Positions 50,017 through 62,346 are shown, numbered from the whole stretch's first letter. The stretch is 63,995 bases of DNA, filler included, from Folioceros fuciformis (GCA_049999805.1; 5 parts of 4 records of this genome joined end to end with filler, not necessarily neighbours in it), one strand, 5' to 3'. The notes: generated from the letters alone by a model not told the origin. Numbers and translations: made by a program.

Positions 50017-51654
50017 ATGGGGTGTGTTGGTTGCGGCTGGGCTTGCTTGATTCTGCTGCTTGTCTGCAGCGTCTGCTGGTTCTGTGTGGAGCCCAATAAC
50101 TCGGCTGTTGCTTTGCTGGCACTACGTTCGTCATGTACGTGGGAGGATGTGAGTTTATTTCATGTGACAGACAAGAGTTCGAATTTGCAGCTTTTGGGCA
50201 ACTCCGCAGATGCACACATCCTCCTTGCGTTCAAGAAAGCAATCCTGGAGGACCCTGTAGGAGTGTTGTCGAGCTGGGAGATGGGGAACTCTTCTTCGTT
50301 TTCGCCTTGCAGCTGGTTCGGGATAGGGTGCAATCGCTTTGATCGAGTGGTTTCAGTTCGTCTCTCTGGTTATCAGTTGAGAGGATCGTTATTGCCGATG
50401 ATTGGAAAGCTCTCATTTCTTTCCTCTTTGGATTTGTCCTGCAATGAGTTGAATGGCACCCTCCCTCTCGAGTTGGGTGATGCAATGTCTTTGGTTTTCA
50501 TCAACCTAACACATAACCTCCTCTCTGGACCCATCCCCTCTTCTCTGGGAAAGTTGACCCTGCTTTCTGGACTGGATGTAAGCTACAACTGGCTGTCAGG
50601 GCCGATTCCTGAAGCGCTCTCAGCATGCACCGGCCTTGTATCTCTGCTTGTCGACCATAATCAACTTGTTGGTGCTGTCCCCTCTGCTCTGGGCAACTTG
50701 GACCAGCTGGTGGAGCTTGACTTGTCGTCGAACTACATCAATGGATTATTACCTGCGGCTTTGGGAAATCTGTCCAGCCTCCAGTACCTCTCGGCCTCAC
50801 AAACTCATATCGCAGGTACCATTCCCCCTAGTCTGGGAAACTGCTCCCAGCTTACACACCTGGACTTGGCTGAAACTCAGTTAACAGGAAGGATTCCTCT
50901 CGAGCTGGGAAGGCTACAGAAACTTCGATTCCTTGATCTGTATAATAACCTGCTTCTGGGACCCATACCAAGTGACCTGGCCAACTGCACTTCCCTGGAG
51001 TACCTGGATGTAAGTAGCAACTTACTCAGAGGGAAGTTGCCTAAAACAATGGGACGTCTTCAACGCTTGTCTTGCTTCAAGGCCAGCAGAAACAGGATCT
51101 CGGGCTCTATCCCAGCGGAGTATGGCAAGCTCGCCAGCCTGAAGGTGCTTGACCTCAGCCACAACAGGTACCCCTCGACATCAGCATTTTCTAGGCAATG
51201 CATGTCAGCTACCTGCAGCCACTGTATTAACTCCGATGTGAAACTCTGTGACCACAGATTTGAGGGACCCATCCCTTCCTCCTTGGGCAGCCTGCACAAC
51301 TTGCAGCACATGAACCTGGCCCACAATTTTCTCATAGGATCGGTTCCTACATCTTTTGTTGCCCTAGGTAACCTCAGCTTCTTGTCTTTGGGAAGCAACT
51401 GCCTCTCAGGACGTCTTCCACACGGGCTGCTGGGATTTGGCACGAAGTTACAAGTACTGGACGTGGGGGAAAATCTTCTGTCTAATCAACCCCCTCTCTT
51501 CATCGCCAACTGCACTCGACTTGTCGTCCCCAGCCACCGACAAATGTCAAGGGCGAGCAGTTGGAAATTCCTCTACACAAATAGAGCACTTTTCAATTCT
51601 CTACTGTGTTTGCGATCGCTCGTACCTGAAATGCTAGACCATTTGACACGATGA
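50017..51654 (+). CDS. Extracellular leucine-rich-repeat protein (RLP/PGIP-like), no transmembrane or kinase domain visible; probable short in-frame introns at ~50149-50190 and ~51169-51258
   Basis: Hydrophobic signal-like N-terminus, LRRNT (DAHILLAFKKAI..DPVGVLSSW...PCSWFGIGC), and about 15 plant-type LxxLDLSxNxLxGxIP repeats. Confidence 0.88.
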   Translation: MGCVGCGWACLILLLVCSVCWFCVEPNNSAVALLALRSSCTWEDVSLFHVTDKSSNLQLLGNSADAHILLAFKKAILEDPVGVLSSWEMGNSSSFSPCSWFGIGCNRFDRVVSVRLSGYQLRGSLLPMIGKLSFLSSLDLSCNELNGTLPLELGDAMSLVFINLTHNLLSGPIPSSLGKLTLLSGLDVSYNWLSGPIPEALSACTGLVSLLVDHNQLVGAVPSALGNLDQLVELDLSSNYINGLLPAALGNLSSLQYLSASQTHIAGTIPPSLGNCSQLTHLDLAETQLTGRIPLELGRLQKLRFLDLYNNLLLGPIPSDLANCTSLEYLDVSSNLLRGKLPKTMGRLQRLSCFKASRNRISGSIPAEYGKLASLKVLDLSHNRYPSTSAFSRQCMSATCSHCINSDVKLCDHRFEGPIPSSLGSLHNLQHMNLAHNFLIGSVPTSFVALGNLSFLSLGSNCLSGRLPHGLLGFGTKLQVLDVGENLLSNQPPLFIANCTRLVVPSHRQMSRASSWKFLYTNRALFNSLLCLRSLVPEMLDHLTR

Positions 51655-51807
51655 TCAAATAGGCGTCTTGGAATAATAACCAATCGCATTTCCTTGAAGA
51701 AAGCCCCATGAGAAACTTCTAATCCATTAAAACTTGGGCTACAGACCCCGTTGTGTCTGAATCTGTGCGTTGCATGTACAAAATTGATTGGTCTGTCTTG
51801 GGAGGCT

Positions 51808-53414
51808 ATGGCGGAGGCTGCCGTGATTGCGGAAGCGCAGGAGGTGGTGAAGGCATGGCAGCCGGGTGTGGACGAGGCGCACTTGCGGGTGCAGGCAGTG
51901 CTGGATTGCGGCAAGGATGGGGACTCCGCATCTGCCTCGCAGCTGCCGCGCCTCAATGCGCTGGTGCACGACCGTCTGGCTGCTCTGCGAGCTCTGATGT
52001 TACGCCTGGAGGTGGTGGCCCCGCAGCATCCCAGGTATGTGTGCCTGGAGCTGTTTCCGAGCTTTCTGATCTCGTTTTTGTGTCGTAGACCTCGCAGCCG
52101 TGCAATTCATGCTTGCGTTCGCACTCAGTTCCTGATTCTCTTGTGCCTGCAGTGAGGATGAGGGTGAGGAGCTGATGCTGAAACTGGAGGCGTGGAGAGA
52201 ACAAGAAAAGGCGTGGGTCCATGAACCTGATCTTGCATCGTCTTGCGGCTTTGTGTGCGTGTGTGGCTTTGTGTGTGTGTTTTTGACTCTCTGGACTCTG
52301 CAGAATTCGGGCTTCTCTGAGGAATGCCAACATCCGAGCCAAGCTCAACTTGGACCAGGCTGTCAGAACTGAGGTTTGGAAGCTGTCATTCGGGCCAGAG
52401 CTTAGTGTGTTGTGCTTGAGGGTGTCGAAATCGGAGAGACTTTGAAGTTGAGTTTTGTATTCTGGTTGCAGAGAGAGCGGCTTTTGGCTGGTGGAGAGGA
52501 TGCCGCCCTCCGGCAGCGGGTACTCCAGTATGTTCTCTTTCTTGAGTGACTCGCATGTGCTGGTGCCCTTTCTGCTGTACTGCTGTCTTACCTCATTCTG
52601 TTGATTGTAAGGGTGGTTTCTCGAAGTTGCGTTATCCTTCAACTTGCCGCTGATGAATCTCACCTGGGTGTATTCGTGCTGCAGAACTAAAGCAGGGCTG
52701 ACTTCTGCGTCGGAGAGTATAACAGAAAGCTTGCGTTATACTCGACAGATTATGGTTCAGGTTTGTGTAACCAGGTCCCTCTACTTGCTGCAAAGGGGGT
52801 GAGGGAAGAGGTATCAGTTGTGGTTGTTGCATTCTTGTATATGACACATATTTTTTGATTGGCCTGCTGCCCAGGAAGCTGAACGAGGAGCAAGAACATT
52901 GGAAGCCTTGGGTAAGTTTTACCTCTTTCATGAGATCGTGATCATCTCTTGTGTGGACTTGTGGCCTTCTGCAACTCCTAGGTGTAGACACTGAAGGTGT
53001 ATCGTCCCCCCTGGGTTCCTACAGATTCGTCAAATGCTACTCTGAGGAGAGCTGACCTGGAGTACAAGGGCCATCGATCTTTGTTAATTAGAACCAGGAA
53101 TCTCCTTACACAATTGCGGCGCCAGGATGTTAGGGAGAGGTGCTTTTCTGCTTCTCATGTTGCCAAGTGCAGTTTACTGTTCTCACAAGCTTGCAATTAT
53201 GTATTATGTAATTATCAGTTCTTCTCACTGCTCCTTTCTGTTGTGACACAGGATATATCTCGCAATTGGTTTCATTGCTTTCTTGTGTACCTGCTATTAC
53301 ATTTTTAGCAAGAGAATAGGTCTACTGAAGGCCCGTAAGCAGTTTATTCCCCACGTTCCACCACCAATCTATCAGGAGTTCTTGCCAGACTACGCGGACT
53401 ATCCTGCCGTCTAG
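51808..53414 (+). CDS. SEC20: SEC20-like Qb-SNARE; multi-exon
   Basis: LPRLNALVHDRLAALRALMLRLEVVAPQ, SLRNANIRAKLN, TKAGLTSASESITESLRYTRQIMVQ, DSSNATLRRADLEYKGHRSLLIRTRNLL, and a C-terminal TM followed by SKRIGLL. Confidence 0.88.
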
Positions 53415-53844
53415 CGTGCATTCTAGTATGTTAGAGTGCATGCAATGACATCGACTTGGGGCAGTGGGAGAGTTTCACGGAAGATTCTCAATCCTTCAAA
53501 TTGCCAGCAGGCGGGAGCCGAATTTCCGTGGTGTTGTTTCTCGGATGCCCAGTATGCACTGTTTGCTGGCATGCCCAGTACACCTCATGCCTTTCACTGA
53601 CGGTGTCGGAGGAGGTGCTTCCTGAGCTGCTCAAGGGACCAGAGGTCACAAGATACTCATCAGATGGAACTACGAAACTCGGCACCTCTGGCCCGTGGAG
53701 GGTGATGGTCAGGAACTAGGTAACGGATTAAAAAATGTTGTGCCCAGTCCTTCTCCAAGAATACTCTGTAACACGAGGTCCAGAAATTGAAAACTCGGTT
53801 TACATTCCCTTGTCCTTCCTTTCCACTTTGCACTAAACTTACAA

Positions 53845-54603
53845 TTATTTCATCCGGAACATGCGTTGATTCATTTCCGTGATAGGGTAATCTGAGATAG
53901 GATGGATGGGCTGCTCCTCGCCTTCAGGAATGTTAGATGAAGAGTTGAGGGGCTGCCTTGTTTGATCATCTGGGCAGAAGACAATCCACTTTCTGAGAAG
54001 AGAAATCCGAAGGAAGAAGGACCAGTATTGGGTTTAGGGTTTAGGATGAGTTCCCAACAGAACTCACCATACAGCGTGTACAGGGAATCTGGGGGTGGTG
54101 TGACGATGTAACAGAGGCTGGTGTACGCTAGACAGACAAAGACTGTGGCCATCATGATGTAGGCTGGAATCGCCACAGACCAAAACCTGGAATGCAGCCA
54201 ATAACGGCGGTGAAGATGATGGGCAGGTAGGTGGTACAAAACGGATGGTATCTTACCGGTCAGGGTAGTAAGTGAAGCCCACAGCTTGTAGCCACGAGTC
54301 TGGCAAGAAGGCCCAGAGCATGTACACCGCTGATGGCACACACAGCCAAGACCAATTCATTCGTCAGAAGCAACCGATGAATCAAGAGAGCACCAATCCT
54401 TGTGAAGGGAACGGACCTGTTGCAACCACCGTAGATATGGCTCCAACAAACCCCTTCACCTCACCGGGCTTGGCTCCATGTCTCGTGCTGCCACCTGTGC
54501 TGACGCTCTCCTTCTCTTTGCTGCCAAGAAAGGACACGGTGGCCTTCTCTCGGGACAGGGAAAGACGCCGAGGGCTCGCAGGCCCGGCCTCTGCCATTAA
54601 CAT
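53845..54603 (-). CDS. PIGP: GPI-GlcNAc transferase subunit P (PIG-P)
   Basis: SPRRLSLSREKATV...GAKPGEVKGFVGAIS, VPSAVYM...WLQAVGFTYYPD, RFWSVAIPAY, VTPPPDSLYTLYD and PIHPISDYPITEMNQRMF. Confidence 0.87.
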
Positions 54604-54834
54604 GCGGGACAATCACAAGATGCAGAAAGAGTGATTTGGTGGGTCACTGATATCATAGTAAGCTGGGCGGCAGCCAGGTGAGTCCCACGCGCCTCCACAG
54701 ATAATGGTGGGCGGAAGTCAGGGAGGAGTTTTCTCCCGGTGAACCTCGTCCGTGTCGAGTGACCTAGCGTCACCCTCAAATGGATGCAGTAGAAGTTTGT
54801 GTCTGTACAGTATGTACATGGCAGGGATCAAGAA

Positions 54835-56568
54835 TCATGAGGACTCCAGATCGTCCTTGCCGGAGTGTCCACCATCCTTGGCTGCTTTGTGGGGTTTTAG
54901 AGAGGAGGACTCGGACTCGGGCCTCCCACTGAGATAGGTGTACAGAGCCATTCCACCCAGGGCCATGCAGGCCCCCGACAGGCTTTTCGGGCCTGGATTG
55001 GCGGCGAACAGGATGAACCCTCCCAGCAGGATGACGCACGTCTTGAATTGGCCCAGTACCACGTGGGTGATTGCTGATGTTGCCCTGGATCAAGCAGTAG
55101 AAAAGCTCGTGAGCTCAAGGGCCAGCGCAAGGCTGTGAGGAGTGGGGCAGGTGTGGTGGACATTACCCGAGTGCTAAAGCCCCTGACCATTGCAGGAGGA
55201 AGCCCAGCACTGCAGACACCAAAATGGCTCCAGCGTTGGGCACGTTCCAGTGGAACGTCATGAGGCCAGCAGGATCCAGCCACGGCATGAGAGCCAACAG
55301 GGAAAGGACGGTGATGGGGGTCGTCTTCCACATCAGCCTGCAGAGGAAGCGACCATCATGCAATTCCGGAGCCGGGTGAGGTTCCTCGGAAACATGAATG
55401 AATGTGAGCAGCATTCCCCGAGGAGTTGCACAGTGCTTACGCCAGGGCTGTCCACGAGGCTTGCTGCTGGAGACTGGACCACATAATCTTGTTCATCGCA
55501 CTCGGAATTATCCAAAGAACAGCCACCACGGCGCCGAGGACGTTGAACTGAAGATCTGTCACGGTGGCTATGGCGACTCCCATGGACACCACAGTCAAGG
55601 CCACAGCCTGCATGAAATCCGCAACGTAAGCAGGTTCTTTCGAACAGCATGGCACGCAAATTGCTTCACCAGAGGAAGCCAGCCAGCCAGCCAGGCCCCA
55701 CCTTTCGAAAAGACACGCCTTTCCTGAAGAGGAGAAGCTCAGCCAGAGCAATGGTGGGCGTGACGGCTATCTTGGCCATCTGGTAGAAGCCGACGCTGGC
55801 ATAAAAGGAAGCGAAAAGTGTGAGCATGCATTCGACAGGGAATGGACAGTGACACCATACCACGGTTTTGAGTGTGCTCCTTTTGGGAAAGGTACGTACC
55901 TGTTGTACTTGAGGCTCACGTTTGCGAGGCCTGTGGAAAAGGCCATGACAACACCCAGTGCCAGCAAAGACGAGAAGGGCGTTGCCTTGGCGGGAGGCGA
56001 AGCCGGGAGCAGAGACACAGCGTGAAGGGTGGCCATGAGGAACCAGCTCACCAGGTAGTGGATCAACGTCAGAGCGATGGGATAGTTGAAGCCCACTTTC
56101 CCCAGCACCTGCATCTCAAGGAAAGGAAGGGAAAGAATCAGGGTCCTGGCACCTCCAAGAAAAGAACTCCAGCAACCACCACGACGCACACACCTGCTTG
56201 TTCATCAAGATGATTCCCACAGACACCACGAAATTGAAAGACAAGGCCACCCCGGGACCACAGAACCACTGCTGCTGCTGCTTGGCACCCTCCGAGGTCC
56301 TCAGATCACAAACCAGCGACGACCACATGTCGTCCAGCGCTCTTGCTGCACCAACACCAACACCCCATCCAGTGCACTCACTACCACCGATCCATGTCGA
56401 AATCGAATCGTCCGCACCATAGCGCGACAATGCAGAACCCAACTCTGCTCTTTTCTCCTCACCTCGCTCTCCCGCGTCGCTGTCTTTCCGCTTCAGCATC
56501 CTCTTCACATCCTTGCTTAGGACGTACTTCATGGTGTCCCCCACAGCCGCTCTCAGCCAGAGCGACAT
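54835..56568 (-). CDS. Nucleotide-sugar transporter (TPT/DMT family, 'uncharacterized NST' subfamily); multi-exon
   Basis: KDVKRMLKRKDSDAGERG, CGPGVALSFNFVVSVGIILMNK, GLANVSLKYN-SVGFYQMAKIAVTP, LMWKTTPIT, GFLLQWSGALALG and VVLGQFKTCVILLGG. Confidence 0.92.
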
Positions 56569-57198
56569 TGCACGAAAACTCTGGCTACGAAGCCCCCGTC
56601 CCCCACATTCGCACCGGGCTCCCTCCCCGCGATGGAATCCTGCCCTTTCTTCACGCTCCAGACTCGATTCTCACCGTCCCTGCTCCTGCAGCGACAGCCA
56701 NNNNNNNNNNNNNNNNNNNNNNNNNNNNNNNNNNNNNNNNNNNNTTAATTAATTAANNNNNNNNNNNNNNNNNNNNNNNNNNNNNNNNNNNNNNNNNNNN
56801 TGGCAACCTGGTGCCACCCACGCACCCTGCGCGGACAGGTGGCGGTTTGTGCAAGCGGCACCGCGGGCGCTCTCCCTCGCGAGCAGACTCGTGCTGACTC
56901 CCTCCTCTCTTGAAAGACGTTCGCGGCCCGGAACAGCCAGGCGCTACGTCCCCGAACCCCATTCTTGCACCTCCGGCTCTCTGGTTTCCCTCCTTGGACT
57001 AGATCCGCGCGGTGGGCGGCGGGCGGCGGTGGCGCGGGGTGAGAGCGGCCTTGGACGATCGCAATACTGAACCAGGCGGAGGAGCCTTTGTTGTTGTAGC
57101 TGCTAGCTGCTGTAACGGTTTGTTGGTGTCGTGTCGTTGCATTTGTATCAAAGTGTGTGAGTTGGTGCTGAGGAGAGGAGCACAGGAGAACAAATGAC

Positions 57199-58952
57199 AT
57201 GGACGGCGAGGAGGAGCTCGTTCGGATCCGCTCCACCCAGCTCTTCCTCCTCGATGGCGAGGAGAGCGTGCTCATGCAGACGGGGGACTTCGTGCTGTCG
57301 CTGGTGCTGCAGAGGCAGAAGCGCGGCCAGAATCCCATCAAGCCTCTGGCCGCCGTCCTTGCCATGGTGGGCGATGTGGAGTGGCCAGTAGGCAAGGACG
57401 CGCCAGTTCTCCGAATTGCCGACGGCCGCTACGCCTTCGCCCTGCCCGGATTCGTGTACGGCGTGGTGATCGCGGACGCCGTGTCTGCCGACCTGGTGTG
57501 CCTCCTCGAGAAGGTTCTCGACGTCTACTCCACCTTCGAGGTGCATCCGGCGCTGGAGCTGCCTGCAGGTTGGTTGGAATAGTCTTGCTCGCGTTCGGCT
57601 CAGGTTGTGTGTTTGATTGATGCAAATGTGTGTTGGGTTTGCTGCTGTCAGTCAGTGTGCGTGCATGCGTGCGTGCGTGCATTTTTGTTTGGAGAGGAGT
57701 CGTTGGCGAACTTTGGCATGCAATTGCCCTAGGAGGCATGCAGTGCGTCTACCCTGCCCTGCCCTCAGGTATCTCAGATTGCTGAGCTCCGGGAGGACGG
57801 GTTGGAGTGGAGTGGAGAGGAGTGGAGTGGAGTGGAGAGTAGTTGTCTGCAAGCGGGTACGCTGATAGATATGCTGCAGGAATTCGTGCACAAGGAAGAT
57901 CTGGGCTGCAGCAGGATCTGGCACAGTTTTGGACGGCGATAGCGTCCGAGGTTGAGGCGGCTTCACTGAAGCTGGCCAGACAGATAAGCACCGGCTCGGC
58001 GAGTGCGGCCAACAGCATTGTCAAGAGCGCGGAGTGGGCGGCCTTGGGCATGCAGAAGGGGGGAGCGTTGATCAAGAGCCACAGCACGGCCAAGCTTTCT
58101 GGGCAGGGAGCGGAGATCAGCCCTCGCTTGTTGAAGCGGGTGCAGCAGGCTCGGAGGCTGTCTGCGGTCGCCAAGGTCTTCTCCATGACGTTGATGAAGG
58201 GGGCTATCTCTGCTTCCGGGCATGTGGCCAACACTGTAGGCAGCGTTATCAATGCCACGGCTCCAGGGCGGGCGTTTCAGGAGTCAGCCGTCAAAGAGGC
58301 GGCTGTGGCTGGTGTGGATGCGTTCGGGAAGGTGGTGGAAGCTGTGGAGTGCGCAGGGAAAACTCTCCTGGAGACCACCTCCTCCATAGGCACGGATCTG
58401 GTGCATCACAGGTATGGGGAGCAGGCGGTGCCCTTGGTGGAGGAAGGGTTTGGGGCTGTGGGGAATGTCGTCCACACTGCCTGGACTTTGAACACGGTGG
58501 GGCTCCGTATGCTGTTGCGGGCAGTGGTCGCTAATGTCGTGCAAGGGCCTGGGGTACCGGCCTCCTCTTCATCCACGGCTTCTGAAGCTCCTAGATTCAT
58601 ATCTCCATCGTCTCGGCCCTCCGCTCCTGCCCCTTACCCCTCTTCTACCATGGTGTCTGACCCCTCAAGCGGATCTATGCCTGATCCCTCGAGCGGAGCT
58701 TATACACTCGTCCACGTTCCGGCCAAACCCACATCCCATCCCTTGCGGACAACCCAGTTTTTTCCAATCAGACCTGGAGTTCGGACCGCGCCTCCTGCGC
58801 CTGCGCCTGCACCTGTCGACGACAGCGGAGCCACCTTCAATTCTCCCGGTGTAACCAGCCCTTTCCAGGAGTATACGAGAGAGGCCCAACCTCAGCCTCA
58901 AACTCATTCCATGTTCAAATTTCCGTGGAACGCACGGCTACAAGGGCAATGA
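57199..58952 (+). CDS. Senescence/dehydration-associated (ERD7/spartin-like) protein; exons ~57199-57567 and ~57879-58952
   Basis: EEELVRIRSTQLFLLDGEESVLMQTGDF...VGDVEWPVGKDAPVLRI...YAFALPGFVYG, FWTAIASEVE, EISPRLLKRVQQARRLS and DAFGKVVEAVE...LVHHRYGEQA. Confidence 0.88.
57803..57840. repeat. (GGAGT)n-type pentanucleotide microsatellite in an intron
   Basis: tggagtggagtggagaggagtggagtggagtggagagt. Confidence 0.8.
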
Positions 58953-59357
58953 AAGGTTGAACTTGTCACCATTTGTTGGATAGGGAGGAAGAGGAAGCTG
59001 CCAGTCCTTATACGACCTCACTTGTCGACTTGCAGCTCTTGTTTTATCAAAAAAAATTGTGCAGTGCTTTATGCTCGTCTTGTTGCAGTGGCACGAAACT
59101 GCTTTTTAATCTGCTTTCCAGGTCCCCAGGATCCATCCGGCTTACCATGCTTCACAGTAGCTGTTGATAGGCTAGAGGCGGACATGATTTTGTACACAAA
59201 AGATCTTTTGTCTTAGGCGTAGTGTAGTTGGCTTAGTTTAGTGACGCCTGTATCGGTGTATCCTACTGACGATGTTAAAAACCGATTTTTTCTGAACAAC
59301 ACCTACGCTGGTGGCAACTAGCCACCCACTTGCCCACTCACTGCGAGTCGTAACATC

Positions 59358-60269
59358 ATGGCAGCAACAGCAGCTCGGATCTCTGTGCCGTTTGCATATT
59401 CTCCCGCTGTTGGATGCGTAGCCGCTTGCCCAAAGCAGCAACTCGCCCAAGCTAAGACCAGCAGGCTATCCGCTTTCACCATTGTCCTGAATGCCTCCTC
59501 CCCTGTTGGCCATGTTTCTTGTCAGCGCAGGTGTTATCGGGTTGCAGCCTCCTCGCAACAGGTGCAAACAGCGGTGACGCAGCTCAAGGAAGCCCTCGTT
59601 CTGCAGCTGGAAAGTGCGGAAGGCTACATGAGCGATGAGGCCACCAAGACGGTGGGCGAGCTGGAAAAGCTCAACCCTAACCCCGACTACACCGCACGCC
59701 CCGACCTCTACAAGGGCTGCTTCGAGGCGGTGAAGGTGTCGTTCAAGGGCACAGGGAAGCAGGGGGAAGGACAGAAGAAGATGGGGCTGCAAGGCGCATC
59801 TCTCACTCTGGGAAGATTGAGTTTCAACACTTTCAAGCCCGCGGATCTGGAGGTCATCACAGGCGCTGCCTACAACCATGTAGGGTTGAGTGGAACTGAG
59901 TATGAGCTCGTCACCGAAATCCAGGTGGGCAAGGATCTGGAGAGGCCTGTGGATGGGCTCCTCATTGTCAAGGGCGAGTACACTTCAGCCAGTTCTGTGA
60001 AGATGGGCTTGGTATTCCTCACCGTTGCCATTGCTCCCCGGTACCCTGACGCCGACCTCGCGCTGTGGAGGCAATTGTTCGAGAAAGTTCACCCCGGGAT
60101 GGATGAGCGGGGGCTGATCACAGCGCAGCTCACTAGCATCAATGCCTTCATCGACTACCTCTTCCTCGATGAGGAGCTGCGAATCACCAGAGGAAGCATG
60201 GGCAACATCAACGTCGTGAGGCGGATCAAAGAACCCGCTGTGCCTGTCCCAAGCCTTATCAGGTCTTAG
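59358..60269 (+). CDS. Plastid-targeted PAP/fibrillin-like (lipocalin-fold) protein, intronless
   Basis: Transit-peptide-like N-terminus, VGELEKLNPNP, and C-terminal FIDYLFLDEELRITRGSMGNINVVRR, matching the fibrillin 'YLDxxLRIxRG' signature. Confidence 0.78.
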   Translation: MAATAARISVPFAYSPAVGCVAACPKQQLAQAKTSRLSAFTIVLNASSPVGHVSCQRRCYRVAASSQQVQTAVTQLKEALVLQLESAEGYMSDEATKTVGELEKLNPNPDYTARPDLYKGCFEAVKVSFKGTGKQGEGQKKMGLQGASLTLGRLSFNTFKPADLEVITGAAYNHVGLSGTEYELVTEIQVGKDLERPVDGLLIVKGEYTSASSVKMGLVFLTVAIAPRYPDADLALWRQLFEKVHPGMDERGLITAQLTSINAFIDYLFLDEELRITRGSMGNINVVRRIKEPAVPVPSLIRS

Positions 60270-62346
60270 AGGAGGCCCAAGCAGTTAGGAACGCTGGCAA
60301 CTTTGTGGTCTCCACGTAAATGTAACCAGCAACAACTGGAAATCAGACAACTTAGCAATTAGTCTATGGCAACAGATAATCTATCAAGGCATTTGATAGG
60401 TGCACCCCCCACACAGCAGATATGTGCACCCACGCTGTTGTTGAAATAAGAACTCGGCTCTGCGTGCAGATCAGTATCGGGTTGGGTAACATTCAGCTAG
60501 ATGCGGGAGGATTCTATGGGCGCGCCGGCCTCCCTTTCGAGGTCTCCATGGCAAGCCTTCATCTCTCTCAAGTATCTCACTGAACCCCATAGATCTACGC
60601 AGGTACATTAACTCCATAGTTTGTCACAACTGGTTAAAATATTCTAACTCCCACGACAACCTTCACCCAGTTGTTGTTGTGGCCAGAACGCAACAGCTTG
60701 ATCCCCAGATTCCCACTCATGGTAGGCCCATGGGGAAGGGTATCAGGAAGTGCGAAGAACTTTGGACTGAAATGATGAAGCTCCAAGAATTTCTCTGAAA
60801 CCGGCTGGGCCTCGAGCTGTCCAGCCAGGAGAGTTTTGAGAGGACACCGAGGGCTCTCACAGAGCTTCGAGTAGACGGATGGAACCTGCGACCGATTGCC
60901 CCTGCCCCACACACACACAGTCCCAAGGTGAGAAACGCAAATCGCAGCCACTCGAGGCGAAATGCTTCCCGAACCTGCCACTGCTCACGGGGTCAAGCTT
61001 CACACAACAAAAGCTACAATACTGCCCGCCCGGGGCCCGGCGTGGCCTAGGACGCAGACACTGGACCAAATTGCACACAAGTGCGCAAACACAGGGCCGG
61101 AAACTCATACGCAGGCCCATGTCGGACAGCAGGGTCAACCAACCGTCGCGCAATTGAATCTCAGCCAAGTTAGGCACATGTCGGCCGGGCCGGCCGACGC
61201 ACACACAGTCCTCAAACACGCTCTAAGCAAGGAAGCAAGCAAAGCTACAAGCCAGCCACAAGCACTAGCCAGCGCAGCCACGCCCAGCGAGGAAACACGT
61301 GCAAGCTGAGGTTCCGAGACGGCTAAGCTCACGACCAAGCGGGCGCCGCTAGCGGCTGCAGCAATTGCATGCTCAAGTCGAGTAAGGAGGCGCAAGGGAG
61401 GCTGACACAGCCCTGCGTTGGAACAAAGGAGCGGGAGAAGACAAAACCTTCCCCCGCGCCCACTCCCGGCAGCAAGCTCCTGCCGCTCGCCGTTGCTCAA
61501 AATCGGAGGCCATAATAATGGACAAAGAGCCGCGCCGGCTGAAAATTGCGGGGGCGCCAGGAGCAGCCTGGAGGCTCGCACTGGAGCAAGCTCTCCTCCG
61601 GTCAGCCAATGCGCCTTGCTCTGCGGTCTCCAGGACGATAAGAGGAGAAGGCGAAGAAGGAGAAGGCGAAGAAGGAGAAGGAAGGAGGGAAGAAAAACCG
61701 CCATAGATCTGCCTTCGGTTTGCAACAGAATTCTAGGTCCGGGGACGTTCCAGGCCTCCACCTGCCAACCGCCTATTGCGGCCAACCTTAATTATATCTT
61801 GTTGAAGTCAGCCAAACGTGGTGTCCGGCTTTGCGCCCGTTCCGTTAACTCCTTTATTAGTTCTTTGTGCCACTTGCGTATGTATATTTGCATTTATATA
61901 TGGCTTGGGGTAAATCTTTCTCTGTCTATGTCTATATATGTATGTTCCCCTCCCAGACCATACTACTCCATTAACATGAGTTTTCGCTTCCTCTTCGACT
62001 TGGACGTCGATTTTTACGTGAATGGACGTTGTGAGACCTAGCCTAGCGCGTTAAGGTTACTTTGACTGCGTCGTGGAGTTAGCATGTGAGCCAGGACGGA
62101 AAACCGGGCTCGCCTAGTAGACCTAGCGCTGTCGACACCACCCGACTGCAGCGGGCCTCCTGCTGGCGCTGCCATAGCGGCTGCTCCGTAGGGCTGGAGG
62201 GCAAGCTGGGAGACTGGTGTCTGTGACGCTGGAGTGGGGGACAGGANNNNNNNNNNNNNNNNNNNNNNNNNNNNNNNNNNNNNNNNNNNNTTAATTAATT
62301 AANNNNNNNNNNNNNNNNNNNNNNNNNNNNNNNNNNNNNNNNNNNN

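Noticed and set aside
51953-52663. 236-aa minus-strand ORF over SEC20
   Set aside because: Antisense to SEC20 exons and introns, with no motif support.
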